In this document: piece after piece, positions 19,901 through 31,900 of the stretch
Layout: each line of letters starts with the position of its first letter
How positions within the stretch are numbered: the first letter of the stretch is position 1
DNA from: a virus
Virus record (IMG/VR): IMGVR_UViG_3300049846_000430
Coordinates: 32,001 to 96,000 of that record
Length of the DNA: 64,000 nucleotides
Strand: one strand, 5' to 3'
Notes under the pieces: model-generated
What the model was told of the DNA's origin: nothing
What the model saw: the letters and a program-made list of their open reading frames with translations, nothing else
Database searches by the model: none
Translations under genes and position numbers: made by a program

Positions 19901-22900
19901 ATAAAACAATGTTTGAAAAGAACATTAAGAAGCATGTTAAAAATCTTGAAGCAAATGAATTCTTAAACAAGCTTGTTAAGATTGGTGTATATCCAAATGC
20001 TGATCAAGTTGTTGAGTTCTTAAAAACAGGTGATGTAAATGTGTTAAAAGAATTCTTTTCTGAAGACGGGGTTGTAGATGTCATGAATGATCCCAAAAGA
20101 TTTCTTCAAATTGCAGGTCTTGTCAGAAGTTATAATGAAATAACTGGTAAAGAAGAGGTAAAAGAAGAGACAGAAGAAGAACCTGAAGAAGAAGCAGCTG
20201 AACCAGGAGCTAAACAAAAAAGCTTTGAAGATACATTAGATGATCTAGATATAGATACTAGCAGCATGCCTGGTGTTAAACCAAAACCAGCAAAAGAAAC
20301 AGTAGTTGAAACCAATGATCCAAGTCAATCTCCTTATGGTAAAAAGATTCTTGAGGAGGTATACAATAAATATAGAGCTGAGCAGCTTGCTATTGGTAAT
20401 ACATACTTGCCATATAATGAATGGGCCAAGACTGAAAAAACTCAAACTGTAATTGCAGCACTTCAAGCACTTAAGGTAGCATGGGCAAAGACTGTTACTA
20501 AAGAATCTCTAGCTAAACGTGGTACTGATGTTTCAACTCCTCAACTTGCAGAAGCTGCAATTAAGTTTGTAATAAAGCAGGATGTTGGATTTTCTCAATG
20601 GCTGCAGTCAAAGAAAGATGAACCATCAGTTAGAAAAGTTCTTGATGAAGCAGGTCTAACATTTGATGCGTTGGCACCAGTTGCACCGGGTAAAAATGAA
20701 GGTAAAGATTCTGTTGTTAAAGATAAGAAGAATACCAAGTGGCACAAGAAAGGTCCGGGTGTAAATATTCTTAAAATTACTAGTAGTGATAATGAGGGTA
20801 ATAAAACTACTTATTATCAGTTGGTAGATAATAATGGTGATGGTCTTTCAGAAGCAATACTAAAAGCTGCCGGTGTATCAATAAACGGTACTTATAGTAA
20901 AGCTAAAGCTGCAGAAGAAGCTCAGAAAAAGATTCTTGATGCTATGCCTGATACTACACCATTTCAATTTGATGGTGTAATGGTAAGATTTGGTGCCACT
21001 GTTACAGATAATAAAGGTAAAGAGTTTATTGTTCTTGGCACACCATCTAAAGTTGCAAAAGGTGGCAAGTTGTTTCTTTTACCAAAAGAGAAACAAACTT
21101 TAAAAGGAGTTAAAGAAAGAGAAAAAGCCTCAATAAAAGTTTCAGAAGGTGAGTTTAATGGATTCTATACTGTAGAAGATCTTAAGTTTAGTGAGCCAGT
21201 TGACAAAAATGTAAGTAAGCTCACTGTTGTTGATCTTCTTAAAAGCTATCCCCGTAACAATAGAGGTGAAGAAAGGGCTGAAGCTCAAAAAAGATTTGAT
21301 ATCATTATGAATGCTGTTACAGCAGAAGAATTTGAAAATGATATTGAATTTGTTGTTAGAAGAAATGAGGGTGCTGGTTCAGAAACAGGTCCATATAGAG
21401 CTGGTAGTAAAGAGCCTAACCCACAAATAATAAAGACAACTGAGACATACAACATTGGAATAAGAATTGGTAATCCAGCATTACAACAAAGACTGGATGC
21501 AATGCTTGAAGAAAAAGGATTTGTTCCTAGTGATTCTGCTGATGGTATCATTGGTTTCATGCCTAATAACTCATATAAACTTCTTGATAAAAATGGCAAG
21601 CAAATCAGTATTTTATCTCTTGATCCAGAAAACTTTGATCAATACTTTGGTGGAAGAGGTACTCTTCAAGACATAAAGACTGCCTATGCTACACAGCAAC
21701 TTCTTGTGAATGCTATCTCAGAACTAATAGGTGAGGCTAGTTTTGCAGTTGTAAAACCTTCTGAGTTAAAAGACAAGGTAACTTTTAGTTTCCAAAGTTT
21801 ATACAAGCAAGATGCATTACCAATATCACTAGATCAGCTTAATGATTATTACGGTACTGAAGATGGCAAAGGTTACACTGTTGATGGTAAGAATGTAATC
21901 ATATATGATAACAAAAGAGTTAGAACAGAAAAAGGATATAGTTATAGCACAACAGTTGTAAGTAATTTAAAACCTGGTAAAAGACTCAGTGATCTATCTG
22001 ACAAGATTGAAGATGAACTAAAAGCTTCAGGTAAATGGGAAAAAGCAACTGACCCAGTGGCAGGTCTTGGCCGTTATGTTATTGTAATAAGACAACCCAA
22101 TGGTGAACTTACTCTTGCTCAGCTTAAACAAAACAAGATAGATAAAGAAGAAGTATATGGATTTATTAAAGAACTTGTGCAAAGAGCTCAGGATACAGTT
22201 GACAATAACATTGAAAATATTGATGATCTTCCAAGAAATGCTTTAGGGGTTATAACAAATACCAAAGATGCTAGAGCTAAGAATCTGGATTATAATTATA
22301 AATGGAATGAAGAATTTAACAACAAGTTTTATCTGGCTGAGATGCCCGGTATAGATGTTGAAATGAAAGTAACAGCTTGGGGAAGAATTGAAATTTCATT
22401 TTATGACAAAAAAAATAAAGAATCATTAACTGCCGCTCCTCTGAAAATATTCCCAGAGCTATTTGCAAAAGCACTTGCAGATCCTCAAGAACTTTTAGAT
22501 AAGATTCAGAGTCTTTTAGATTCGGATCCAACCCTTAAGAAACAAAAAATTTCTGTTCAACCTCAAAACTTTAGAGCATCATTTCCTGAAAGCAGAGATG
22601 CTCAAGTAATTATTGATAATACAAAAACTCAACTTGATCCTAGAGTAAGATTTGATTATAAGATTATTGTTACAGGTGATTCAAGTCAAGTTCAAGCATT
22701 GGCTAACATCTCTACTCCAATTACTCCAGAAGATATTACTGCTGCTCAAGGACCAGTTTCTGAAGATACATTAGAACATATTGCTAAAAAGCTTAATACT
22801 CCTGGTTCTACACTTTCTAAGTATGAACAAGAGATCTATAACATCAATCAATCTAGAATTGAAAAGATAAGAAAAGATCTTGCCGGTAAATCAAGTCTTG

Positions 22901-25900
22901 ATACAAGTGAGGATACATATGATGGTATTAATCAGATGTCTGATGATGAATTCAACAGCTATGCTGATGATGAGTTTATGATGCTTCCTCTTGACATTAA
23001 GAATCAAATTGCTGCTAAAATTCTAAAGACTGGTGTAGCAAGTCTCTCAGCTAGAGAGAGGCAAGTAATGAACAGTGATGCCGGCTCCATGATCAATGGA
23101 TTAGTATCTAAACTTGTAAGTGAAGCTGTAAACACACCTTCAGAAGTTGCACCTGTAACTGAAGAAACTTTTACTCAAGGTAATGAAATAGAACAGATCA
23201 AAGCTGAAATTGCATCATTGAAGTTACAAATTGATGCAAGAGAAGAGTTACTTATGAAAGAGTCTTCTAATCCTAAAGAAAGCTTTACTAAAATAAATAA
23301 TGATTCAGAACTTAAAGCTTTAAAGAAACGAAGAAATGATCTAAACAATAAACTTATAGCAAATAAAATCCTTCCAGCAGCACCTCTTACCCCGTATGAT
23401 GGTGAGACAATTCAGCAGTTTGTAGATTGGGCAACAAATAATCTTCCTGACTTTATTAGCATTGCTGATATAAACACACTTAGAGGTAACCTCATGGGTA
23501 AAGGTGTTAGAGTTGGTGCTTTTGTTTTGAGTCTTGCTGATATTGCTGGTGGTATAAATGTACAGGGTACTCTCTATACCGGGGCATCATCACCTTTTAG
23601 ATACCACGAAGCATTCCATGCTGTGTTTAGAATGCTGCTTACTGATGAGCAGATAAAAAAATACTTGGCTCTTGGTAAGAAAGAACTGCTTGCTAAATAC
23701 AAAGCTGAGGGTAAGAGCTACCAGGCTGAGATGGAGAAGTTTAGAAACACTGCTCCCATGTATAGAGAGATGACTCCTGAAAGACTTGAGCAAGAATTCA
23801 TTGAAGAATACTTGGCTGATAAGTTTGAAGAGTTCAAAAAGTCTCCCGCAAAAACTCAAACAGCTCCGGAAATAAAATCTCTTTTCCAAAGAATCATTGA
23901 GTGGATTAAATCAATCTTTAAAAGATTTACAAAGAATGAACTGAATAGCCTGTATGAAAACATTGATTCTGGTAAGTACAGAACTACTGCTGTCCAGGAT
24001 AATATGTTTACCAACTCTCTAGTTAAAGGAATAACAGTAGAAGCAAACAAACTTATTCCAATTGAAACATATGAAGATGAAAGAGGTAATATAGGTTATA
24101 AGTATATGGATCCAGCTGCAGCAGATGGTTTAATTGCAAACATTGCTGCAATGTATATTTCAAGAGAAGACAAAGCTATTGCTGCAAGTAAGAATGGTCT
24201 TATAAACCGTGGTGAGATTCTTGATGAAACAATAATTGACTTCATGGTAATGTATAACCCAGAAGCCGAACATAATTCAACACTTGATAGAAGTTTATGG
24301 GCACCTTTATTTGAAAAATTCAATGCATTAAAGGATTATACTGAGTTTGTAAAACAAGGTGTTATTGAAAGACTTGCATTACTTGATGTATCAGCAGAAG
24401 AAGGAGCATATGATTTTGAACAGTTTGAACAAGAGGCTGGTCTGAGAAATGTATCTGACTATAAAAGAGGTGTTGAACAAATAGGTGGTTTTGAATCTAT
24501 CTCAAAAGAATTAAGAAGATACATAGGTTCTACAACCATCACCAATGCTGATGAGTTTGGTAATACAGAACTTACTCCTGGTGAATCATTAATTGTTCCT
24601 GTTGATTTTAATGAAGCTTATAATGGTATTCTCAAAGCTGTAAAGAACACAACAAATCCGTTAGATTTCTTTACCAAAATGTATTTCTTTGGGCAAACTA
24701 ATAGGCAAACTGAAGCAGTTGTTAGAAGATTGTTTCAAGATATTGGGGTTACTGATGAACAAATTCTTAATGATGATCTTCCAGCAAGTGTAAAAAATCC
24801 TTTGTTATTTCAGAGAGTTCTTAAAGGTTTTGAAAGCTTTAGACTTGACTATATTTTTATACACACCAATCCTAAAGATGGTAAGACCTATATATATAGT
24901 GCAGCAAACAGAGATGATACAAGTGCTCAGATAGATAGATGGTCTGCTGCTTATGATATTAAATTCCAAAACATGGTAAATAATATCAAGACATGGAGAG
25001 AAACAAAAAGAATACTTGCTAGAGTTGAAAAATATTTTAACCCTGCTGAAGCTTTTGAAACCTTGTCTGATAGGAGACTACAGATCATATCTAGATACTT
25101 ATCAAGAAATCTTTATGAACTCACTGGTATTAAACTAAGTGCTGGTTATATTGAATTTAGTATTGCTTCCGGAATTATAAACAAAACCAGATATCAGAAT
25201 GCTCTGTTAAGAGCAAATCAAAAATCTGAAGCATTAAATTATGATGATATCAAACAGTTTGCAATTCAGATAGAAGCTGCTTACAATGATGCAATCAAAA
25301 ACAGAGGTTACACCTCAATATTCTCTGATACTGCGGGTGTAGGTATGCCGGCCAGATTAAGAAGAATGGCTTTTGGTAATGCACCTTTTGATGAGACAAT
25401 AGGTAATAGTGTATTCAAAAACCCTAATGGTGATCTTGTATATGCTCACCAGGCTGCTACATATCATCTTAAAGCAATTACAGATCTTAATGACGTTGAG
25501 ACTCTTGAAAGACTTCAAGAATCAGATCCTTTCTTATTCAATAACATTCTTCTTAATAGTCCAGCATTTAAAGCTCTTGCTGCAGAAGATAGGCTTAGAG
25601 TGCTAAGGGTAGCAGGTTCTAAGAAGAGTGCTCTTGATAAAACAGATGAAGGTAATTATGCTGAAACAGGAGGTATAAACGTAAATGATGAAGCTACAAC
25701 TTATGGTGATTCTTCACCAAGACAGTTTATACTTAATTTGATAAACTCCTACACCTACAACTACAATCATACAACCGGTAAGAATGATACTATAATTGCT
25801 ATTGATCCTATCACTGGGGAAGAAAAAGAAACTGCTATTGCTCCATCTTTGATCCGTGTAATTGAAGCATCAAATACGGGTGATATGACAGGGTTACCTG

Positions 25901-28900
25901 TTATTCAAACTATTACAACAGATGATAACGGGGAAACTGTTCTTAAAGATGAGACTATTGACATGTTCTATGATGAAGTGAAAAGAGAATATGAAAGAAT
26001 AAGAAGAGAAGGTAAAGAAGAAACTAGAACAAAAGATCTTCTTGAAGGATACAATGCTAAAGATGGAGTGAGGGTTGATAAGAATGCTGATTCTAAAGAT
26101 GATCAATCTAGAGCATATAAGTTTACTAAGACTGGTACACTTCTAAAAGAATTTGAAGGAACTGCGGGTGATAAATCTAAGATCAAAGATCCAACAATGC
26201 CTGAAGAAACTGCTCAAAGATTAGTAGAGGGTACTCAAAGTATTATTGTAAGAAGAGCAAAAGCTGCTAGTACCATTGGTCTTACAAGAAAAGGAGCTTC
26301 AGGTTCAGCTACTGTTACAACTAAAGATAAAAAAGGCAATGATGTAAATACCGGGTTTACTATTATAAACCGTGGCCAGGTGATAGTTACTGAAAAGAAC
26401 TTCAAAAAAATCTTAGATTCTCTTGGAGATGCTGTTTCTGTAGATAAAACAGATACCCATAAGTATAAGTTTGAATATAAAAATAAAGTTGGTTATGTAG
26501 AAACTCCTGACTTAGCAAGCTTCTTGAATGGGTATGAGCCATTCTATGTATATGACATGTACAAGGAAGGAACTGAAATACCCAAGAATGTTCTTAAGGA
26601 TATTGAAAAATCTGACTCACAACCAATTGATTATAAATCAAGACTTGAAGCATATGCTAGAAATTCTGATGTAGAAGATTTGTCTTTTGAAGAGGCTATA
26701 GTTAAAATGAATACTACTGTAGCTGATTTCAAACAATTCTTAAATACTAGATTGATGGATGAATTCAAAGAATTCAGTAAGACACTTGATGAAATTAAAG
26801 CAAAAAAAGGATTAAGTAAGTTTGTAACATTTGGTTTAACCAATGAAGATGGCAGAACAAATTCTGAAACTGCAAGGGCCGCTGCTCAGTTGAATCTTAC
26901 AACTGATGTTGAATACAATCTTATGCAGATATTCTTCAATGATTGGTTGAATACTAAAGCTTTAAATCAAATTCTTCTTGGTGATTCAGCAATGAGTTTG
27001 AAAGATGCTGTTGATGAGATTAAAAGAGCTAAGATGCAGAATGCCGCTGGTAAAAGTGCAGCTGCAACTATCATAGCTCCGGAGTATGGTATCAATCACA
27101 TCTTCCAACAGATGAGTTTGTTTACATTTACTGACACTGAGTTTGAAAAAATCTACAGTGGTGCCAATGCAAAAGGTGAAAGAGGTGATGCTCAGATGTA
27201 TCTTACACCTAAAGGACTTAGATATATTCTCTTTGGTCTTGGCAACTTAAATGAAGCTCAAGTAAAACTTCTTGATAAAATTGAAAGAGGTGATAAGATA
27301 ACAGCTGATGAATTCTTTGGTACAGTTGGAGAAGATGGTTTTAAAGATCAAGGTGCTGTATTTAACTCACTCAAGCTTGTATATGGTGATGGTAAAACAT
27401 ATCTGAAGATGTCTGCGGTAATTCTTACCAAAGAACTTACATCCAGAAAAGTGAATGGTCAGTGGGTAGCAAAAGAAACCAGAAAAGAACTTCATAATAT
27501 GCGTGTGAAGTTAGAGCAGTTTGAAGAAGAAAATCAGACTGTAACAATTGCTGGTGGAAGATCTGCTGTAAAAATGTTAAAGCAGAATGTACTTAGAGAT
27601 ACGGATATGTTCTCTGAAGGATTGCTATCTAAAGACAATGCAACTATTCTAGATACAAACTTTATGAGATTACAGCTGGTCAATCCTTCCAACAAAATTG
27701 TAATTACAGATCCAACTCAGATGAAAACTTTGATTACATCTGAACAAAGTGATAATGTTGAAGTACTTCTTCCTGGATCTGATAAAGTAACCACACTTGG
27801 TGCTATTCGTGAGAAATATAATGAAGCTATATCAAATAGATCTAAACTCAAGTTCATTAACAGAAGAAACTTGATATTTAACTTTGATATTGATGTTGCA
27901 ATGGATGAATTGCATAAGAGTGTTAAATCTGGTCAGATTACTGCTAACTTGTTCAGCTTTCTACAATATGCAACAGAGAGTTTAAAAGCATCACAGTCTT
28001 CATCTAACATTCTTGAATTCTTTAATCCAGAGAACCAAGACAGATATAATCTCAATAATCCTCTTACCATTACAAAGTTTGAACAGTTGTTTCTCAGATA
28101 CTTTAATAATGGTGTATTTAGTGAAAAGATTCCTGGTCATTCAGTTGCTTTGATGTCTGATGTTGGAGTTAAGATTTATAGAAGAGTCTTCTCTGTAGAA
28201 ACACTTGAGGATGGTACCATTGTTCCAGATAGGTTTGAAGTAATTAGGGAAAAGGTTTGGGAAGCCATGCCGGATAAACCTCCAGTTGTTTTTGATGTAA
28301 CTGATAATCCAACTCTGCAGGGTCTTGAAGAAGCTATTAAAGCTAGTGGTAAAAAAGGTGTTGTTATCATTGATAATCTAAGACATAATCTCAAAGAGTA
28401 CAATGAGAAAGGTAAATATACAAAAACAAGATATTCTGAAGCATTAATACCAGCTCACTTCAAAGATGTAATGACACATGTTGAGGATTCTGTTGATGAT
28501 CCTAAGAGTGCTGAAGAAATTACACAAGAATGGAAAGCATGGATTAATGAAGAAAGATGGTCACCAAAAGCAAAAGCTTACATTATCAGACAAAACATTG
28601 AAGACTTTGACCGTAATAGATCAAAGAAAGAATTTGCTAAAGCATTTGGTTATACTTATGAAGAGAATGAAAAAGGTAATGTTAAGTTTACTGCTAGAGA
28701 AAAGAGTAAGTATATGAATGAGATTCCGGATGCTGTAGCTAAAATGTTTGGTATCCGTATTCCTTCACAGGATAAACACTCTGCTGTAAATATTAAAGTA
28801 GTTGACTTCTTACCAGTATTCTATGGATCAACCGGTATATTCCCTCCACAACTCATTGAGATATCTGGAGCTGACTTTGACATTGATAAACTCTATATAC

Positions 28901-31900
28901 ACATCAAACAGTGGTTTATGGAGAATGGAGATTTTGTTGAGTACGGTACTGCAAAAAATGACAAAGATGGATATCAGCAATACATTAACTATGTAAACCA
29001 GGAAGTTTATAAAGGTGGTTCCGCATTTGCCGAGGCATTTGAGAAGTATATGAGTGATCAAGGTGTAACTGAAAGAAATCAATTAAGTATTGAGGATATC
29101 CTTGATGCAAGAGATGCTGGCTTTAATGCTGATGCAGTAGATGCTCTTATGATGCTTGGTCTTCCTGTAACACTTAAACAGTACAAAGCTTATAAGAAAA
29201 AGAATCAATCAGAGCCATATGAAGCTCCTTATAACAACCAAGTTTTAGATTATAAGTTTGCTCTACTTGGTAATGAGCATGTAACAAATACTCCTGGACG
29301 TAATGTTCCAATATCATATGAACCTGCTGATCTAGAACCTTTAAAAGAGGTTTGGGATTTTATTAAGGATGAACTTCCTGAACTTGCTGAATTGGTAAAA
29401 GAAGAAGGGGTTGATATTGATAATCTCTTTGGTAAACTTAAAGCTTGGACCAATAACAAAGAAGGTGCAAACTCAATTGGTGCTGTGGTACTTCCAAACA
29501 TTTACTTGAGTTTGATGAAAGAGTATGATATTTCAATTAGACGTGAGAAAGTAGGTAAGCTTGGTGAGACAATTCCTCAGATTACTCTTAATGGTTACAC
29601 ATTCAGACACTTTGGTAAAGATCCAGAAGATCCTCAAATAACTGGTAACTATGAAATTGTTGATGGTAAAGAAAATAAAAATGGTGCAAGAAGACAGTAT
29701 GTAATATCTGCTTTGATTACAGCAATGACAGATAACGCCAAAGAAAGACTTGCTGCTAAACTTGGTCTGAACAAAGACGCACTTGCTGTTGTTGCAAACC
29801 TTACTGCTTTGGGTGTTCCAATTAAAACTTCCATTCTTTTGATTAACAATCCAATCATTAAGGAAGAATATTTTAATGCTGTAAACAAAGAAGATCCTTA
29901 TGATCCAGGTATTAAATCTCTTATCAGAAGAAGACTTAAAAACTTAGATGAGGTATTTGGCCCAGATATTCCTTTGGTTCCTGTTACAGATGATCTTTTA
30001 AAAGAATCTATTATTAATGCTAGAGTTTTTAATGACTTTAGTCAATCAAAATCATTTAATGTTAATATACTTAAAGAGCTGAAAAAGGAAAATCTTTACA
30101 CACTTACTGATGCATCAATTGATAAATCAATACTTACTCAGTTCTATAATGCTCATAAACTTAAAACCTTTACCGGCAACATTGGAAATATTGTAAACTT
30201 AGTTTCTGATATTGGATCTTCTTTTGAAGATATTATAGGCAGAGAAGAGTCAATTAGAAAACTTGGTCTTGAGTTAAATGATGAAGATTTTGAAAATCTT
30301 GTTGATGATGATGATGCACCTGTACCTATAGATGTAAGAAAGTTGTTTAAGGGAGATACTTGGCAGGCTACTTATTACAAAATGTATAAGGAACTGACAG
30401 AGCAATTGCTTCCTACAGTATTCTTAAGTCAGACCAAAGCCTTTAAAAATATTTATGAAAAACTTAAGGCTGCTTTCTTGGGCGGTGATGATAGTAATTT
30501 CTTCATGACTCCAGAAAGACTTAATAAAATGAGTAAGGACTTCTTGTCTTATCTGACTATTAAGTCATATATGCAGGAACTTGGCAGATCAAATGGTATC
30601 AGAAAACAATCATTGGCTTCTCTTACTAATGAGCTTATATACCCACAAGCAAACTCAGATATTAACATCAACAAGATCATAAGTAATCTTAAAGCTAAGT
30701 ATGAAGCTGAGGGTAGAACTAATTATTTCTTGCAGGCTTTTGCTTACAATGACCCGGCTAGTAGTCCTAAAAACAATACAGGTCTTGATACAGTTATTGC
30801 ATCTACGTTTGCTAAACTTAGTGAAGCTCAGAAAATTAAAGTGCAAGATGGGTTTATTGATCTGTATGGTCCGGCTGAAACAAGGCTGGATGCATTGCAC
30901 ATCCTTCACTACATAATGGTAAAAGATGGTCTTCAGTTTGCTTATGGTACACTCCTAGATGCTATTACACCTTTTATACTTGACAAATACTTAAGTACAA
31001 TTAACAATACGCATAAGGCTTTTGAAACTGGTGTTGACACCAAAGCTTTTGAAACTGTATTTGGCATGGACTATGAAGATTTGATAAATGATTTCATCAT
31101 GAACTATATGGAATCAAACAAAAACAATTACCTGCTGAAGACAATAAAAAGTGTAGTTAATAAAAAGAACATACCAGTTTATAATCCTATTGTTAGTGAT
31201 GCTCAAATAACAGGTACTCTTACTTTAGGAGAAGTTGTATCTAACCCACAAAACTTTTATGTCTTTGGAGAAAACCAAAATGAAGAAGGTTATGTTGATC
31301 AGTTAGCTGTTAGGGGTCAGAGTAATACTTTTGGTCTTATTTTTAAAAAGGGTTTTGCTAGAAATAAAGAAAACTATTTTAAAGATAAAGAACTGGATGA
31401 ATTTGTTAAAATTTTTAGTGCTGGTATAGCATTTCTTAAAACTGTTGAAAAACCAATTCTATTTCCGGCAAGAATTATTGGTGCAAATGACAGAGAGTAT
31501 ATGCAGAAAAATACTCCTGAAATTTACAAGCATATCAAAAATACACTGATAGACAACTTTGATTACGATATTGATGGAGTTGAAAAAGTTGCAGGCACTG
31601 TTAGCAAAGCTGAGGCAGCAAAATCTCCTATAAGAATTGACAAGAGTGGTGCCGCAGAGAAATTATATATAGATTTGTATAATGGTATCTACCAAATTAA
31701 TATAGATGCTGAAGGTACCAAAATTCAAAGAAATGCTGTAGCAGGTCCTAAACAAAAAGAAATGAGAGAGGCAAATCAAAAGTATATACAAGATGCTGGT
31801 TTCAAAACAAGAACATTCATTAAAAAGGAAGGGGATAAAAAAGAATTTACCACAGAAATAATTTTACCTCCATACTTTAGAATTGAACATAAGAATCAGC

